From Nitrospirota bacterium (GTDB lineage Bacteria; Nitrospirota; UBA9217): 64,000 nucleotides of DNA. The notes beneath the pieces were generated by a model. It was not told where the DNA came from, ran no database searches, and worked only from the letters and a program-made list of their open reading frames with translations. A program made the translations under genes and the position numbers. Shown piece after piece: positions 19,001 to 28,466 of the stretch; the stretch's first letter is position 1, and the number at the start of each line of letters is the position of its first letter. Location: the NCBI GenBank assembly GCA_963737155.1, contig CAVTRN010000002.1, positions 1,536,001 through 1,600,000 on the forward strand, given 5' to 3'.

Positions 19001-21337
19001 GATGATATATTCCGGCAGGATTATGGGGTTGACACGATTCCCCAACTCTTTATGAAGGAGAAAGATGCTGGACAAAAAGATTGTGATATTCTAACTGATG
19101 AAGGATCCCGTAAGGTATCGGAGCGAATATCGAGTTTGACGTCCCTGGCCGGGTTGGTTATCACCTTACCGAAAGGTTGGTCGGGAAAGTTAAAGGGCAT
19201 GGCTGATGTTTCGCGACTCCTTAGGGGACTCTTTCTCCTCCTGAAGCCATTTCTTCAATCACCGGCAAAGAAATTCGTGGTGCTGATCCATTCCAGGGAG
19301 GATACCGAAACTCTCGGTCGGCTGCTGGCGGAAGGGATGCTTGGACTTTTTCTGAGCGCAGCGCAGGAACACCCATCTGTCCAGTTTCGCACCGTAGAGA
19401 TTGGGATCGATACCGACCTTCGCGTTGCCTTGCGCGATGCTCTGGACAGAGGATGCACTGTAGTGGAGATCATGCATCGTGATGGAAGGGTCTTCACTTC
19501 GGAGGCACACCTGGCCCCTTCAATTTTCGGGAATTCACCAGGTCTGGCCCTGAGCCCTGGAGACGTTGTCGTCATGTCCGGGGGCGCAACCGGGATCAGC
19601 GCTCACTTGGCCCGCAGCCTTGTGCCTTTCGCGCCCCGCCTGGTCTTTCTGGGAAGGACCCTTCTCGATTCAGGCATCCATCCAGAAAAGCCGCGGACCG
19701 GACATTCGGCTTCCGAGGCGTTCTCTTTAGACCCAAGGGCAGCGGAGATTGCCCGGATGCTTGCGGATCTGCACTCCGCGGGGGTCGAGGCAATCTATCG
19801 TACCTGCGATGTAACCGACCCCGAAGCGGTCCGAGCGATCATGGGCGAGGTGACAAACCATTATGGCAGGATCGATGGGATCATTCACGGCGCCGGTGTC
19901 CTCAGGGATGGCCTATTAATCCAAATGACCCCGGAGGATCTCTCCCTGGTCATGGACGTCAAATTCCTCGGGGCCTGGAATCTATTCTCAACTGCAGAGG
20001 GGGCCGGCCTGAGGTTTTTCGTGGGCCTCTCCTCGGCGGCCGCGATCCAGGGGAATCCTGGCCAGGCCAACTACGCTGCAGCCAACCGGATGATGTCTGC
20101 GTTACTCGGAAACCTCCGCCGGAAGAATGGCGCCATCCGGTTCAAGGCTTTGATGCTTCCCCCTGTCGAGGGGACGGGCATGGCTGAGGACCCGGAGGTT
20201 CGGGAACTGATGAAGCGGAAGGGCGCGGCGTACATCCATGTAAATGAGCTTGCGGGGCTTTTCTGCCGGGAGCTCTTCATAGCCCCGGCTGACGATGATT
20301 GGGTGATGTTCATGCGGAGGCTGCCATCCGTGAGGACGGCACTGCTCAACGATACAGCCCGTCCTTCACTCAGCGGAGAACTGGATGGAGGCACCGTATC
20401 CTTAAGCCCTGAAAACTTTCCCATGATAGAAAGGATCTCTTTTCTGGACATCTACCGGGAAGAACTGGAGGCCTTCAGATCCTTCTCCCGGGAGAAGGAT
20501 CATTGGATCGAGGATCATCGGCCTTTCAAGTTCGTCAAGCATCCTCTGGTCTCAGCCGCAATGGTCCTGGAGATATTCATGGAAGCCGCCCGTATGCTAT
20601 ATCCCCATCTGCAGGTGCGAGGAGTTAGCCGGGTGCGGTTCATGGACATGATTGAATGTCCCCCCGGGGTTCCACGGACTTCCAGGATATCGTGCCGCCG
20701 GACCGGCAACGGCCTTCGGGAGGTAGTGTGCGAGGTCTCTCTCGCAGCACAGGAGATCTCCCCCGCTGGGAGATTGACCGACCTTCTTACCCCGCACTGC
20801 AAGGGCCACGTGATCCTTGATGGCGGGGATGGCGGAGGAGAACATGTCGGAGAGGTGCTCCCGGATTTTACTGTCCGGCTGGACGAACTGCGGACGAGGC
20901 CCATGGATCATAAAAAAGTGATTAAATGGTATGAAGACCGCAGCGGCCTCGGAGGCAGGTATCGTGTGATGGAGTTCCTTGACGGTGCGGGTCCAAGAGT
21001 GGTGCGGGGCCGAACCATATACCGTGAGACAAGTGATTTCGCACATCTCCGGAGCACCCAGTACCAATATTCTCCCTACCTTTTCGAAGCCCTTTTGCAG
21101 ATGGCCGGCTTCCACGTCGCTGCAACGGACCCCTCAGAGCGACGATCGATGGTCCCCATGGAGATAGGGGACATGAGGTTCTTGCGCAAATGCCGGGCAG
21201 GGGAACAAATAACCCTGGAGGCCCGCATGCGGGCGCAGGATGACAAAGGCGTCGTCTGGGACGCCAGAGGGATTGACGACCAGGGCCGCACCGTCATGCA
21301 GATTCGTGGCATTCGGTTGCACTGGGTTTTGGATTGA
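13019..21337 (+). CDS. iterative type I PKS / Pfa-like synthase: FabK/NMO-like ER x2 - KS - AT - ACP - ACP - KR - DH
   Basis: PFIQGAM, EGYEAGGHVG, AGGI and QMGT (FabK/NMO-like). KS triad SAACATS, ECHATST, KSQIGHT. AT FPGQGSQ, GHSLG, VSMAFHS. Two ACPs. KR GGATGIS, HGAG, YAAAN. DH DHRP..HPLV. No thioesterase. Confidence 0.93.
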   Translation: MVMKQRSDIVAEHGISIIGFVWRPEEITPSVIQMAQRTGSRAVFDFSMTRVEGLRSFLRKADPAGRVRDIKIAVPAFFDPSLGQLLKETGVDDIWVECHPEFFQGDPSLFMQRLRELSENHHCFPIIGDMDLLIAILKDSSGIGRIVLKGCEASGFVSGETTTALYSMAKEMLHSPSNALDILIWGGVSTPEAAAAFLSTGATGIVFESVHWLTDMVAMDDVQRQQLSNLRLDSTDLVGLDLQVPCRLFNKGNSLAFKEIKTFEDSLRGAEITEESRRSFVSQVYASALHPLESRFGQYEVIPLGVEAAFAGSFVERFGAGTEEAVKAFIDEIRNTCRLAEAKKDCFLDSPVAREMGTLYPFIQGAMSWITDVPEFAARVADAGGLPTIALGLMDAETLDRRLGRLPEIMGGRPYAVNVVSLAENPFRETHLAWIKKQRPSFVVIAGGDLSPLRELIECGLGVMYIAPDEALLKLAVEAGVRYVVCEGYEAGGHVGQHSTLTLAQMVLDLKRRTPSLFKNCRVILAGGIFNRETAFMAAMLGADAIQMGTAYLATQEIVETGALTALYQRLILKSPPGGTVVSGRDTGLRVRSLKTPRVEAILSLEREFAAGHQDEASFRVRMEEMAAGSLFAAARGMDRPGEVSLDERACLERGQFMSGACAGLIREVQNLQSFHRDLAEGPLSLHLPAVGSIERTAEAPFSSVSPGRKRVVPHGDDRERVAITGMSILNALGKSPEEVWTSSLAMKSGITLVPPSRWDHTLFYDPRPNVPDKTYCKVGAFTDFHISRNDLGISPHDFRSMTEATKITLWLADKAIRASGILDSDIPRERIGVLISQNSGEAAGVLTNTIIRAYVHDILISAKRAVHLTPHQESAIEREVKSGRMSPDDTTLLGRLNCAVAGFICSRYGFMGPSYAVSAACATSLVALHSAIQMIRSGIIDAAIVGGGEENLTHLHFLEFSALGALFGMSGKERPAHETSRPFDAERDGMILGEGGGMIVIERESLARARGARLHAFVTGMGASNNHLSMVESSHVTQQMAIRASFRGIPYGPDAVDLVECHATSTRQGDVEEVRALKAVFNSSKRTVITSFKSQIGHTLGASGINSLIRGVTAMKAGIFPPTLNYMHPDPEIDLNGSGLLIAPEPLDWTCRVGEPRRLQVNAFGFGGSNYVAQVEQAMDESDTILVSPGRESGLDREKRDGSPTLQGVFFFRTEIDGRNLRLAVVAQTEENALMVIERSASIVEAGVASPRILRSLAQQGIFMSPEDMPALPLAFVFPGQGSQYGGMGLDLYESFPVIKEWMDRAAVVADFDLLHLLFHDREENLQKTRWQQPAMFAMEHAMARYLTTLGIHPVAMAGHSLGELIALCLAGVYSAEDGFRIVNKRALCMDKAAAIHREPGVMAAVDAPLDLLKEMIRGRENVHIGNINSPNQVVLSGNTGAVKDIGKRLKEMGYRATLLPVSMAFHSPNMRVIHDELEAYIASIPFNSPQIPVISNTTMAPYPSDPGEIRRILMAHLESTVHWMNNVQTLWNDYGARLFVEVGPGEILSNLISDTLPEPVCIQTCLPSAEGLTYKTALAQLFVQGHLRAEGELRFVPLPAVGKTPGSRRIAPAPSLWPSEPGLAGSNPVERIIQREINRFVMKNFGRSLKPNILEAIRQELDPTFQEGDLSSVIRSMFEGSGPPEDQKQVVLGKPASPYFDSTRSIPGQASLAPGEASEGQDLMERLIRIIMDATGFNREEIQPDMDLRKDLSIRSSRLPIIMDAAERQFGITIELEDFINVRTVKDIAQRISKIIARQGGTVLTPATQTAEAGFMHGKALKPSPAIPGQASLAPGEASEGQDLMERLIRIIMDATGFNRDEIQPDMDLRRDLSIRSSRLPIIMDAAERQFGITIELEDFINVRTVKDIAQRISKIIARQGGTVLTPATQAAEAGFMHGETLKPLQDESSLKRLVFKSVPLKLSAPAPLQMSPGESVLLLSPERDDEIARNVDDIFRQDYGVDTIPQLFMKEKDAGQKDCDILTDEGSRKVSERISSLTSLAGLVITLPKGWSGKLKGMADVSRLLRGLFLLLKPFLQSPAKKFVVLIHSREDTETLGRLLAEGMLGLFLSAAQEHPSVQFRTVEIGIDTDLRVALRDALDRGCTVVEIMHRDGRVFTSEAHLAPSIFGNSPGLALSPGDVVVMSGGATGISAHLARSLVPFAPRLVFLGRTLLDSGIHPEKPRTGHSASEAFSLDPRAAEIARMLADLHSAGVEAIYRTCDVTDPEAVRAIMGEVTNHYGRIDGIIHGAGVLRDGLLIQMTPEDLSLVMDVKFLGAWNLFSTAEGAGLRFFVGLSSAAAIQGNPGQANYAAANRMMSALLGNLRRKNGAIRFKALMLPPVEGTGMAEDPEVRELMKRKGAAYIHVNELAGLFCRELFIAPADDDWVMFMRRLPSVRTALLNDTARPSLSGELDGGTVSLSPENFPMIERISFLDIYREELEAFRSFSREKDHWIEDHRPFKFVKHPLVSAAMVLEIFMEAARMLYPHLQVRGVSRVRFMDMIECPPGVPRTSRISCRRTGNGLREVVCEVSLAAQEISPAGRLTDLLTPHCKGHVILDGGDGGGEHVGEVLPDFTVRLDELRTRPMDHKKVIKWYEDRSGLGGRYRVMEFLDGAGPRVVRGRTIYRETSDFAHLRSTQYQYSPYLFEALLQMAGFHVAATDPSERRSMVPMEIGDMRFLRKCRAGEQITLEARMRAQDDKGVVWDARGIDDQGRTVMQIRGIRLHWVLD
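18138..18857 (+). repeat. tandem 363-bp duplication encoding two ACP domains
   Basis: CCATTCCGGGACAGGCCTC begins at both 18138 and 18501. The units are nearly identical at DNA level. Confidence 0.95.
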
Positions 21338-21385
21338 GCCTCCCGGACTCGGAAGGGACGCAGACCGGGAAGCAGGGGAGCGAAT

Positions 21386-22120
21386 GTGGCAAAGGATCGC
21401 GAAGGAGTAACCGTCCATACGATGAGTCCCGTTCCTCGAAGGGGGCCGGTCTTCTATGCATCCCTGCCACGTGACACCGAAGCCCCCACGGGACAGGGTA
21501 CGAACGGAGAAGATGACAAGCACCGCCTCGTCTCCGCCTTGTGGGATCACCTTGTGGCGATGGAAAATCCTCTTTGGAAACGCTGTCAATCTTCCACCAG
21601 CGCTGCTTTCCCAATTCAGGTGGTCCGCGGCCTGCTTGGCAGGCCCCATCTCCTGTTGGGAGAATCCCATGGTCCGGCCATCTCCTTCAGCGAGGGTGGA
21701 GGAAAAGTCTGGGCTGCTCTTTGTGGCGATGAGTCTGATATCGGCATTGATGCGGTAGGGACCGATGAATTCCATAGAGGATACCCTTATCAACGGGTCT
21801 TCCATCCGCAAGAGCTCCAACATGCCCAGGGATTGGCGGGCGGAGATCTGGAAATGGCATCAGCCCTGCTCTGGTCCATCAAGGAAGCCATAGTCAAGGC
21901 ACTGGGATGTGCATTCCATCTCGTGGATCCGCGGCAGATCACCGTCAATCCATCGGCAGGGGGGAACGGCGTGTATACCTTTCCGGTTGGCTTATCAGGG
22001 AAGGCCCTTGCGCGATTTCCCCTGGCTGCGCGTGGGTCCTTATGGGTGCATTCGCTTCCCCAGAGCAAGATGTGGCTTTCCATCGCCCTCTTGAACCGGA
22101 GACCAGCAGACCATGAATAA
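21386..22120 (+). CDS. 4'-phosphopantetheinyl transferase
   Basis: GRPHL, IGIDAV and WSIKEAIVKALG motifs. Adjacent to the PKS. Confidence 0.9.
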   Translation: MAKDREGVTVHTMSPVPRRGPVFYASLPRDTEAPTGQGTNGEDDKHRLVSALWDHLVAMENPLWKRCQSSTSAAFPIQVVRGLLGRPHLLLGESHGPAISFSEGGGKVWAALCGDESDIGIDAVGTDEFHRGYPYQRVFHPQELQHAQGLAGGDLEMASALLWSIKEAIVKALGCAFHLVDPRQITVNPSAGGNGVYTFPVGLSGKALARFPLAARGSLWVHSLPQSKMWLSIALLNRRPADHE

Positions 22121-23291
22121 CCTTACCTGCAATCACGTGCCGCGGTCAGACGGAGTGCCGGCGGCAGATCTTGGACGGCTTTTCCCAGAGCCGTCTATTA
22201 CCGCCCCCCTTCTTTCGCTGTTACAGGAATCGGGTATTGACGGTTTTAACCTGCGCAGTATCGTGGTGTCGAAAGATGATGTTCCTGTTCTCTTATTGCC
22301 GTTATTTGAGACTCGTTTTGATTTGTCCACTTTTGCGGAGGGATGGATCAAGAAATCGCTGAAAGTGTCAGGCCGTCTCGTCCCCTCGGTTTTTCAACCC
22401 CGCGTTCTGGGCGTGGGATTGGTGGAAGGGGAATGGAGTGAAATCGGGATCGATCCTCAAATCGATGAGGGCACCCTAGATGCGGCGTGCAACATGGCCT
22501 TGAGCGTCCTGCACACGCTTGCGGCCGAACTTAAAAGCGACATCGAGGCGCTTTACAACTTTAATCAGTACAGCAAGCTTCCCGGGGAAGTATTCAAGAA
22601 ATTCAACCAGGTGCAATTTAGGTCTTGCGCCCGCTTGCCGATCAATTTTAACAGCATGGAGGAATACCTAGGTCGCCTTTCAAGTGCCGCGAGAAAAGAC
22701 CTGCACCGCAAAATGCGGGTTGCCCCCGAAATCCGGGTAATTCGAAGTCGTACTATTTCGCCTTTTCTGGACAGGATCTACCAGCTTTATCGGGAAACAG
22801 TGGAGCGCAGTCCCATGGCGCTTGGCGTGCACAACCGTTTATTTTTTGAAAAGATCTGTGAAAAAGTACCGGGCGCCGAGTACACGCTCTATTTTGTGCA
22901 GGAAGAACTCGCCGCTTTCAACCTTCTCGTCATAAAACAGCAATGGATGGAGGATATATATTTCTGCATGGATCACGAGCTTGGCAGCAACTACAACCTT
23001 TATTTCTTATCCTGGCTTGAAAATGTCCGCACCTGCGTCGAGCGGAAGATCCCGCTCTATTACGCGGGCCAGGGCACGGAGAAGACCAAAGCGCATATGG
23101 GTGCGACGTTTATCCCGAGCTTTATTTTATTCAAGCACCGCCATCTGGTATTTGACCGTCTTCTTGCCGGGCAGCCGGCGTTGATTGCGAAGGTCCTCAG
23201 CCATCTCGGGTTTTGGCCAGCCGCCTCCTCGAGCCGCTTCGGATGTTCTGGCGCGGAGCCGACAGGAGCAGGTCCTTGTACGCCGCCTTGA
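22113..23291 (+). CDS. GNAT/FemAB-like acyl- or aminoacyl-transferase
   Basis: SMEEYLGRLSSAARKDLHRK, YNLYF and YAGQGTEKTK motifs. Overlaps the PPTase stop (translational coupling). Confidence 0.75.
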   Translation: MNNLTCNHVPRSDGVPAADLGRLFPEPSITAPLLSLLQESGIDGFNLRSIVVSKDDVPVLLLPLFETRFDLSTFAEGWIKKSLKVSGRLVPSVFQPRVLGVGLVEGEWSEIGIDPQIDEGTLDAACNMALSVLHTLAAELKSDIEALYNFNQYSKLPGEVFKKFNQVQFRSCARLPINFNSMEEYLGRLSSAARKDLHRKMRVAPEIRVIRSRTISPFLDRIYQLYRETVERSPMALGVHNRLFFEKICEKVPGAEYTLYFVQEELAAFNLLVIKQQWMEDIYFCMDHELGSNYNLYFLSWLENVRTCVERKIPLYYAGQGTEKTKAHMGATFIPSFILFKHRHLVFDRLLAGQPALIAKVLSHLGFWPAASSSRFGCSGAEPTGAGPCTPP

Positions 23292-23402
23292 TCCGGTCGC
23301 GCAGAAGAATGAACTCAGACGGGGTGAGCGTCTTCAACGCCCGCAGAAGTCCTGACGTAACAACGTTCAATACCGTTTCCCATAGAGGCGAGATGGAGAT
23401 TC

Positions 23403-24353
23403 ATGACCAAAGAAACTGAATACGCAATCGAAGTCGAAAAACTGACGAAGCGATACGTGGATTTACTGGCGGTCAAAGACATATCGTTCAACGTCAGGAA
23501 AGGCGAGGTGTTCGCCCTGCTGGGGCCGAATGGCGCCGGCAAGACCACTACCGTCGAGATCATCGACACAATCCGCACGCCCACGTCTGGGAAAGTGACC
23601 CTTCTTGGCATGGACGTCACGAAGAAGAAGCATAACATCGTCCACCGCATCGGCGTCCTCCCGCAGGGGTTCAGCTCTTTCGACAGGATAACGGTCAAAG
23701 AGACCTTGCAGTACTACTCGCGGCTTTTCAGCCACCCGAAAACCGATATTGACGGACTAATAGAGCTCGTGAACCTCAAGGACAAGACCAAAGAGCAGTA
23801 CAGGAACCTCTCTGGGGGACTGAGGCAGCGCCTAGGAATCGCGATCGCGCTTGTGAACGATCCCGAGGTCGTGTTCCTCGACGAGCCGTCGACAGGGCTC
23901 GACCCCCGAGCAAGACGCGAGGTGTGGGAAGTCCTGCAAGGGCTGAAGAAAAAGGGGAAAACGGTGTTTCTGACCACACACTACATGGAGGAGGCGGAAC
24001 TTCTTGCAGACACGGTCGCAATCATCTCGAGGGGGAAAATCATCGCGATGGGCTCACCCGGAGAACTCATCGAAAACAACGCACATGACTTGGTTCTTAC
24101 TCTGCAGTCCGTCGATGAAAAAGTCCTACACATCGTCCGGAAGATGGGCTTCAAGACGGCTCTGAACGACCATAACATCAAGATCAGGCTGGAGCACACG
24201 GACGATGTGCAGAAGATACTGAGCGCCATCAAGGATGCCGGGGCGTTGTACCTCGGCTTGGATGTTCGGAAACCCAACCTTGAAGAGGTCTTCCTGAAGC
24301 TCACCGGCGAGGTGCTCCGCGATGGTCCCGTCGGGGCAAAGGGGGCGGAATGA
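23403..24353 (+). CDS. ABC-2 type exporter ATP-binding protein
   Basis: GPNGAGKT, LSGG, FLDEP, TTHYMEEA. Confidence 0.95.
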   Translation: MTKETEYAIEVEKLTKRYVDLLAVKDISFNVRKGEVFALLGPNGAGKTTTVEIIDTIRTPTSGKVTLLGMDVTKKKHNIVHRIGVLPQGFSSFDRITVKETLQYYSRLFSHPKTDIDGLIELVNLKDKTKEQYRNLSGGLRQRLGIAIALVNDPEVVFLDEPSTGLDPRARREVWEVLQGLKKKGKTVFLTTHYMEEAELLADTVAIISRGKIIAMGSPGELIENNAHDLVLTLQSVDEKVLHIVRKMGFKTALNDHNIKIRLEHTDDVQKILSAIKDAGALYLGLDVRKPNLEEVFLKLTGEVLRDGPVGAKGAE

Positions 24354-25465
24354 ACCTGCGCATCATCGGTGCAAATCTCTTCGTGAAACTCATGAGTGTC
24401 TACCGCGAGAAGGCCGCCATGTTCTTCACGATTGCGTTCCCGATAATCCTGATACTCGTGTTCGGTACGATCTTTATGAGCAAGGACAACGTGAGCTTCC
24501 ACCTTTGCGTGCAGGACCTCGACCAGACGAATTCGTCCGCACAGACCGTCAAGGCCCTCGAGCTCGACGGGAAGTTCAAGATAACCAAGGTCGACCCGGC
24601 CATCAACGCCACCCAGTACATCAGGGACAACAAGGTGAACCTGGTCCTCGTTATTCCCAAAGGCTATGAAAGGTCCCTCTCGCAGAGGGCGATGTTCAGC
24701 GACCCCACCGCATCCGTCACCATCACCTATATATACGACCCCAGTTCCTCTTCGGTGCCCACGAAGATACAGATCCTGAACGCGGTGATCGCCGGGATTA
24801 ATCAGAAGATGTCCGGGACGCCGCCGTTCATCAGGTCGGCCGAGACATCGATACTTACCAAGAAATACCGGTTCATCGAGTTCTTCATTCCCGGCATCAT
24901 CGCAATGGCGGTGATGACGTTGAGCCTGTTCGGCACGGTGAACTTGAACACGGAGCTGCGACAGAAGGGCATCATCAGGAAACTGTCTACGACGCCTATC
25001 ACCCGTACCGACTGGATACTTTCGAACATTCTGTTCCAGTTTACGATCGCGGTCATATCCACGATCGCGATGCTGCTGGTAAGCTATGCCGTGTTTCACG
25101 TCCGCCTGCATATAGATGCATGGCTCCTTGTGTTCATTTTGCTTGACGTCTTCGCGTTCGTTGGGATCGGGATGATACTCACCCGCTTCGTCAAAGAGGC
25201 GCAGAGCGCCGCCGCCGCCGCAAACGCCATCAGTTTCCCAATGATGTTCCTCTCCGGGAGTTTCTTCCCCATCGAGCTGATGCCGGGCTTCCTGCAGACA
25301 TTCGCCAAGATACTGCCGCTGTATTACGTGAACGAGGGGCTCCGGGCATCAATGATATTTGAAGACAACATGGCTGCGCTGCGTTACTCAGCGATCATAG
25401 GGGTTTTTGCGGCCGTGGTCTTCATCCTGGGCATAATAGCCACCAAGTGGGAAGAGGACGCGTGA
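24350..25465 (+). CDS. ABC-2 type exporter permease
   Basis: Six TM segments with a large periplasmic loop, FLSGSFFP motif. ATGA overlap with the ATPase. Confidence 0.92.
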   Translation: MNLRIIGANLFVKLMSVYREKAAMFFTIAFPIILILVFGTIFMSKDNVSFHLCVQDLDQTNSSAQTVKALELDGKFKITKVDPAINATQYIRDNKVNLVLVIPKGYERSLSQRAMFSDPTASVTITYIYDPSSSSVPTKIQILNAVIAGINQKMSGTPPFIRSAETSILTKKYRFIEFFIPGIIAMAVMTLSLFGTVNLNTELRQKGIIRKLSTTPITRTDWILSNILFQFTIAVISTIAMLLVSYAVFHVRLHIDAWLLVFILLDVFAFVGIGMILTRFVKEAQSAAAAANAISFPMMFLSGSFFPIELMPGFLQTFAKILPLYYVNEGLRASMIFEDNMAALRYSAIIGVFAAVVFILGIIATKWEEDA

Positions 25466-25565
25466 TATAGCATAGTACTCCCTTCGCATCATCACTCAAG
25501 GAAGGAGGTTCGGCAAAAAAGACGCTGGTTGGTTTTATGGAAAAAAATATTGGAGAGATGAAAAC

Positions 25566-26918
25566 ATGAAAATAAAACTTATCGCACCCCATGAACATCG
25601 TCAAGACGCTTTATCCAGCCCTTTCAAGTTCCAAAGGGTGAATCTTCCTCTTCTGTCTGCGCTTACCCCGCCCGGCCACACAGTGACCCTTGTCGAGGAA
25701 TCTTTTGCGCCCGATGACATCAATCAAGATGTTGATTTGGTGGGCATCACCGTCTTGACCGAACTTGCGTTAAGAGCCTATCATATCGGTGACACCTATC
25801 GCCAGAAGGGTGTGAAGGTGGTGATGGGAGGAATACACCCCACGGTATTGCCAGACGAAGCTTTAAAGCATGCAGACGCTGTCGTTGTAGGAGAAGCGGA
25901 GGGCGTCTGGCCGCGACTTGTATCGGATGCCGCCTTGGGACAGATGCAAAGGCTATATCGGGCGGGTAAAATGACCGATCTCAAAGGCCTACCGAAACCA
26001 CAGCGAAATCTCTCACCTGGAACCAACGGTAAAGGTTATATCCCGATCCCGATCGGCGTCGAGACATCCCGCGGCTGTCCGTACGATTGTGAATTCTGTT
26101 GCATTGGCCAGACATTGGGGCATCAGTATCGAGTCAGGCCGGTTCAGGAGGTGATTGCCGAGATAGAGTCCATTGATTCCCCTCACCTCTTCTTCGTCGA
26201 TGACGCCCTTGGACTGAACCGGAATGCAGCGAAAAAGCTCTTTACTGAAATGATACCTCTTCGGCGGCGATGGCTGGCGCAAGGAACAGTGTCGTTGGCT
26301 GAGGACGTGGAGCTGCTCAGATTGATGGAACGTGCGGGGTGCCTGGGGCTTTTGATCGGGTTCGAATCGGTACAGAAAGGAACACAGAATGAGGTGAATA
26401 AAATAAAGAACCTGAGAATCGATTTTTATGAGGCCATGCATCGATTCCATGGCGAAGGTTTCGGTATACTCGGCTCCTTTGTTTTTGGCTTTGATTACGA
26501 AAATAAGGATGTGTTCGAGCAGACCCTTGAGTTTATAATGAGGAGTCGTATGGATGTTGCCCAGCTGAGGATTCTCACTCCTTATCCGGGAACACGGTTA
26601 TATGAGCGTCTCTTAAGCGAAGGCAGGTTGTTGGCCCGTGATTGGTGGCTCCGTGGATATCCTCCGGATACAGTCCTTTATCAACCCAAGGGCATGACTG
26701 CCGACGAACTCATTAACGGCTTCTCCCGCTTGAACAGACAAGTATATTCTTTCGGCGCAATGACAAAACGATTCTTTGGCATGAGCCCATGGAAACGGAC
26801 TCTGCTCGGCTGCCAGGCGTACGTTGGAGTCAATCTATCTACTCGTAAACGCTATTTCAAAGGTCTGAAGAATCCACAACCATTTGCAGAGGCTTCCAAC
26901 TCAATAGAAAAGCGGTAG
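25566..26918 (+). CDS. B12-binding radical SAM protein
   Basis: VVMGGIHPT B12-binding motif, SRGCPYDCEFC, FFVDD, IGFES, TPYPGT. Confidence 0.93.
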   Translation: MKIKLIAPHEHRQDALSSPFKFQRVNLPLLSALTPPGHTVTLVEESFAPDDINQDVDLVGITVLTELALRAYHIGDTYRQKGVKVVMGGIHPTVLPDEALKHADAVVVGEAEGVWPRLVSDAALGQMQRLYRAGKMTDLKGLPKPQRNLSPGTNGKGYIPIPIGVETSRGCPYDCEFCCIGQTLGHQYRVRPVQEVIAEIESIDSPHLFFVDDALGLNRNAAKKLFTEMIPLRRRWLAQGTVSLAEDVELLRLMERAGCLGLLIGFESVQKGTQNEVNKIKNLRIDFYEAMHRFHGEGFGILGSFVFGFDYENKDVFEQTLEFIMRSRMDVAQLRILTPYPGTRLYERLLSEGRLLARDWWLRGYPPDTVLYQPKGMTADELINGFSRLNRQVYSFGAMTKRFFGMSPWKRTLLGCQAYVGVNLSTRKRYFKGLKNPQPFAEASNSIEKR

Positions 26919-27119
26919 ACATCACCTATGAAAAAACCGGCAAATATACACCGCGCATATCCTCTCAAAAGATCTTTACAGAATAAAATGGCTGACCCTC
27001 ACACCTCGCCATCGCTTCAAACCCAGATACCATGCTGTAACAGCAGAGTTTTCAATTTGAGCGTCGGTGTCACGCCAGGGCAGCGGCGCTCCTTCGACTT
27101 CTCTCCTTTTAACCATGCG

Positions 27120-27300
27120 GTCTTCCAAGAGCAACATTACCATCAAGAGCGTAACCACCAAGGAAGAGGTAATGTGTTGTCTTTTCCTTCTCCACGATAG
27201 GAGCAAAAGCGCGATCATCCTCATCAATGTCGAGAAAGGTTCGGAGGTCTGTTTAAATATTACGACCATAAGGCCGCATGAGTTGTTTGGTCGTACGGGA
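27120..27300 (+). pseudogene. integrase-core (IS-type) transposase 3' remnant
   Basis: HYHQERNHQGRGN and ..GGLFKYY..AA* fragments, followed by a probable element end TTTGGTCGTACGGG. Confidence 0.5.
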
Positions 27301-28466
27301 TAACAAAAAAGCTGCCGCACGCATCCCTGGCTGTCACTCTGCGCAACGTGAAGAGTCCGGCAATAGCAAAAAAGAGATGCTTTGCTACGCTCAGAATTAC
27401 GGACCGGGCAGAATCGACGTTTGAGAAGCAAACTCAAAAGCTGAGCAACTATCACAATAAAACTTTTCGGTAAACTCCGCGCCCTCCGTGGCGGATGTTT
27501 TAGTAATCATGCATTCTTGTTTGCAAGCAGAAGCGAGGGGGCATCCATGGCCGAAAAAGAGAAAAAAACTCTGTTACCGCAAGATCAAACGGCTGCAGCT
27601 AAGCTCCAAGGCTCCGTGATCTACGGGCCGAGCTTGCTGACAGACCGTGACATTTACCTCTTTAAGGAAGGCAGCCACTCCCGGTTGTACGAAAAACTTG
27701 GGTCCCATCTCATGACCGTTGACGGCAAGGCGGGCGTGCTCTTCGCGGTATGGGCGCCGAACGCCGAGAAGGTTTCGGTCATGGGTGACTTCAACGGCTG
27801 GAACAATGCCTCCCATCAGCTTGCACCTCTGAGGGATGAATCGGGCATCTGGGAAGGGTTCGTGCCGGGCCTCGGGAACAGCAGCCTGTACAAGTACCAC
27901 GTTGTTTCCCGGCTTGGCGGCTACCGCGTGGACAAGGGGGATCCCTATGCCTTTGCCTGGGAGCTGTCGCACAAGACGGGGACCGCGTCTGTGGTCTGGG
28001 ACCTTAGGCAAGAGTGGAACGACCAGGACTGGATGCAGACCAGAAAGGCCAGAAATGCGCCGGACGCGCCCATTGCCGTATACGAAATGCACCTCGGCTC
28101 CTGGCGACGGGTGCCCGAGGACGGGAACCGATCGCTCAATTACCGCGAAATGGCCGAGTGGCTCCCGTCCTATCTCAAGGACACGGGCTTCACCCACGTG
28201 GAGTTCATGCCCGTGATGGAACACCCCTTCTTCGGGTCCTGGGGATACCAGGTGACGGGATACTTCGCGCCCACGAGCCGCTACGGCATGCCACAGGACT
28301 TCATGCATTTGATCGATCGCCTACACCAGGAAGGCATCGGCGTGATCCTCGACTGGGTGCCGTCCAATTTCCCGAGCGACGAACACGGTCTCGGTTATTT
28401 CGACGGGACACACCTGTACGAACATGCGGACCCGCGCAAGGGCTTACACCCCGACTGGAACACTTA

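Noticed and set aside
23981-25111. 376-aa antisense ORF over the ABC genes
   Set aside because: Antisense shadow with biased H/R/D/V composition
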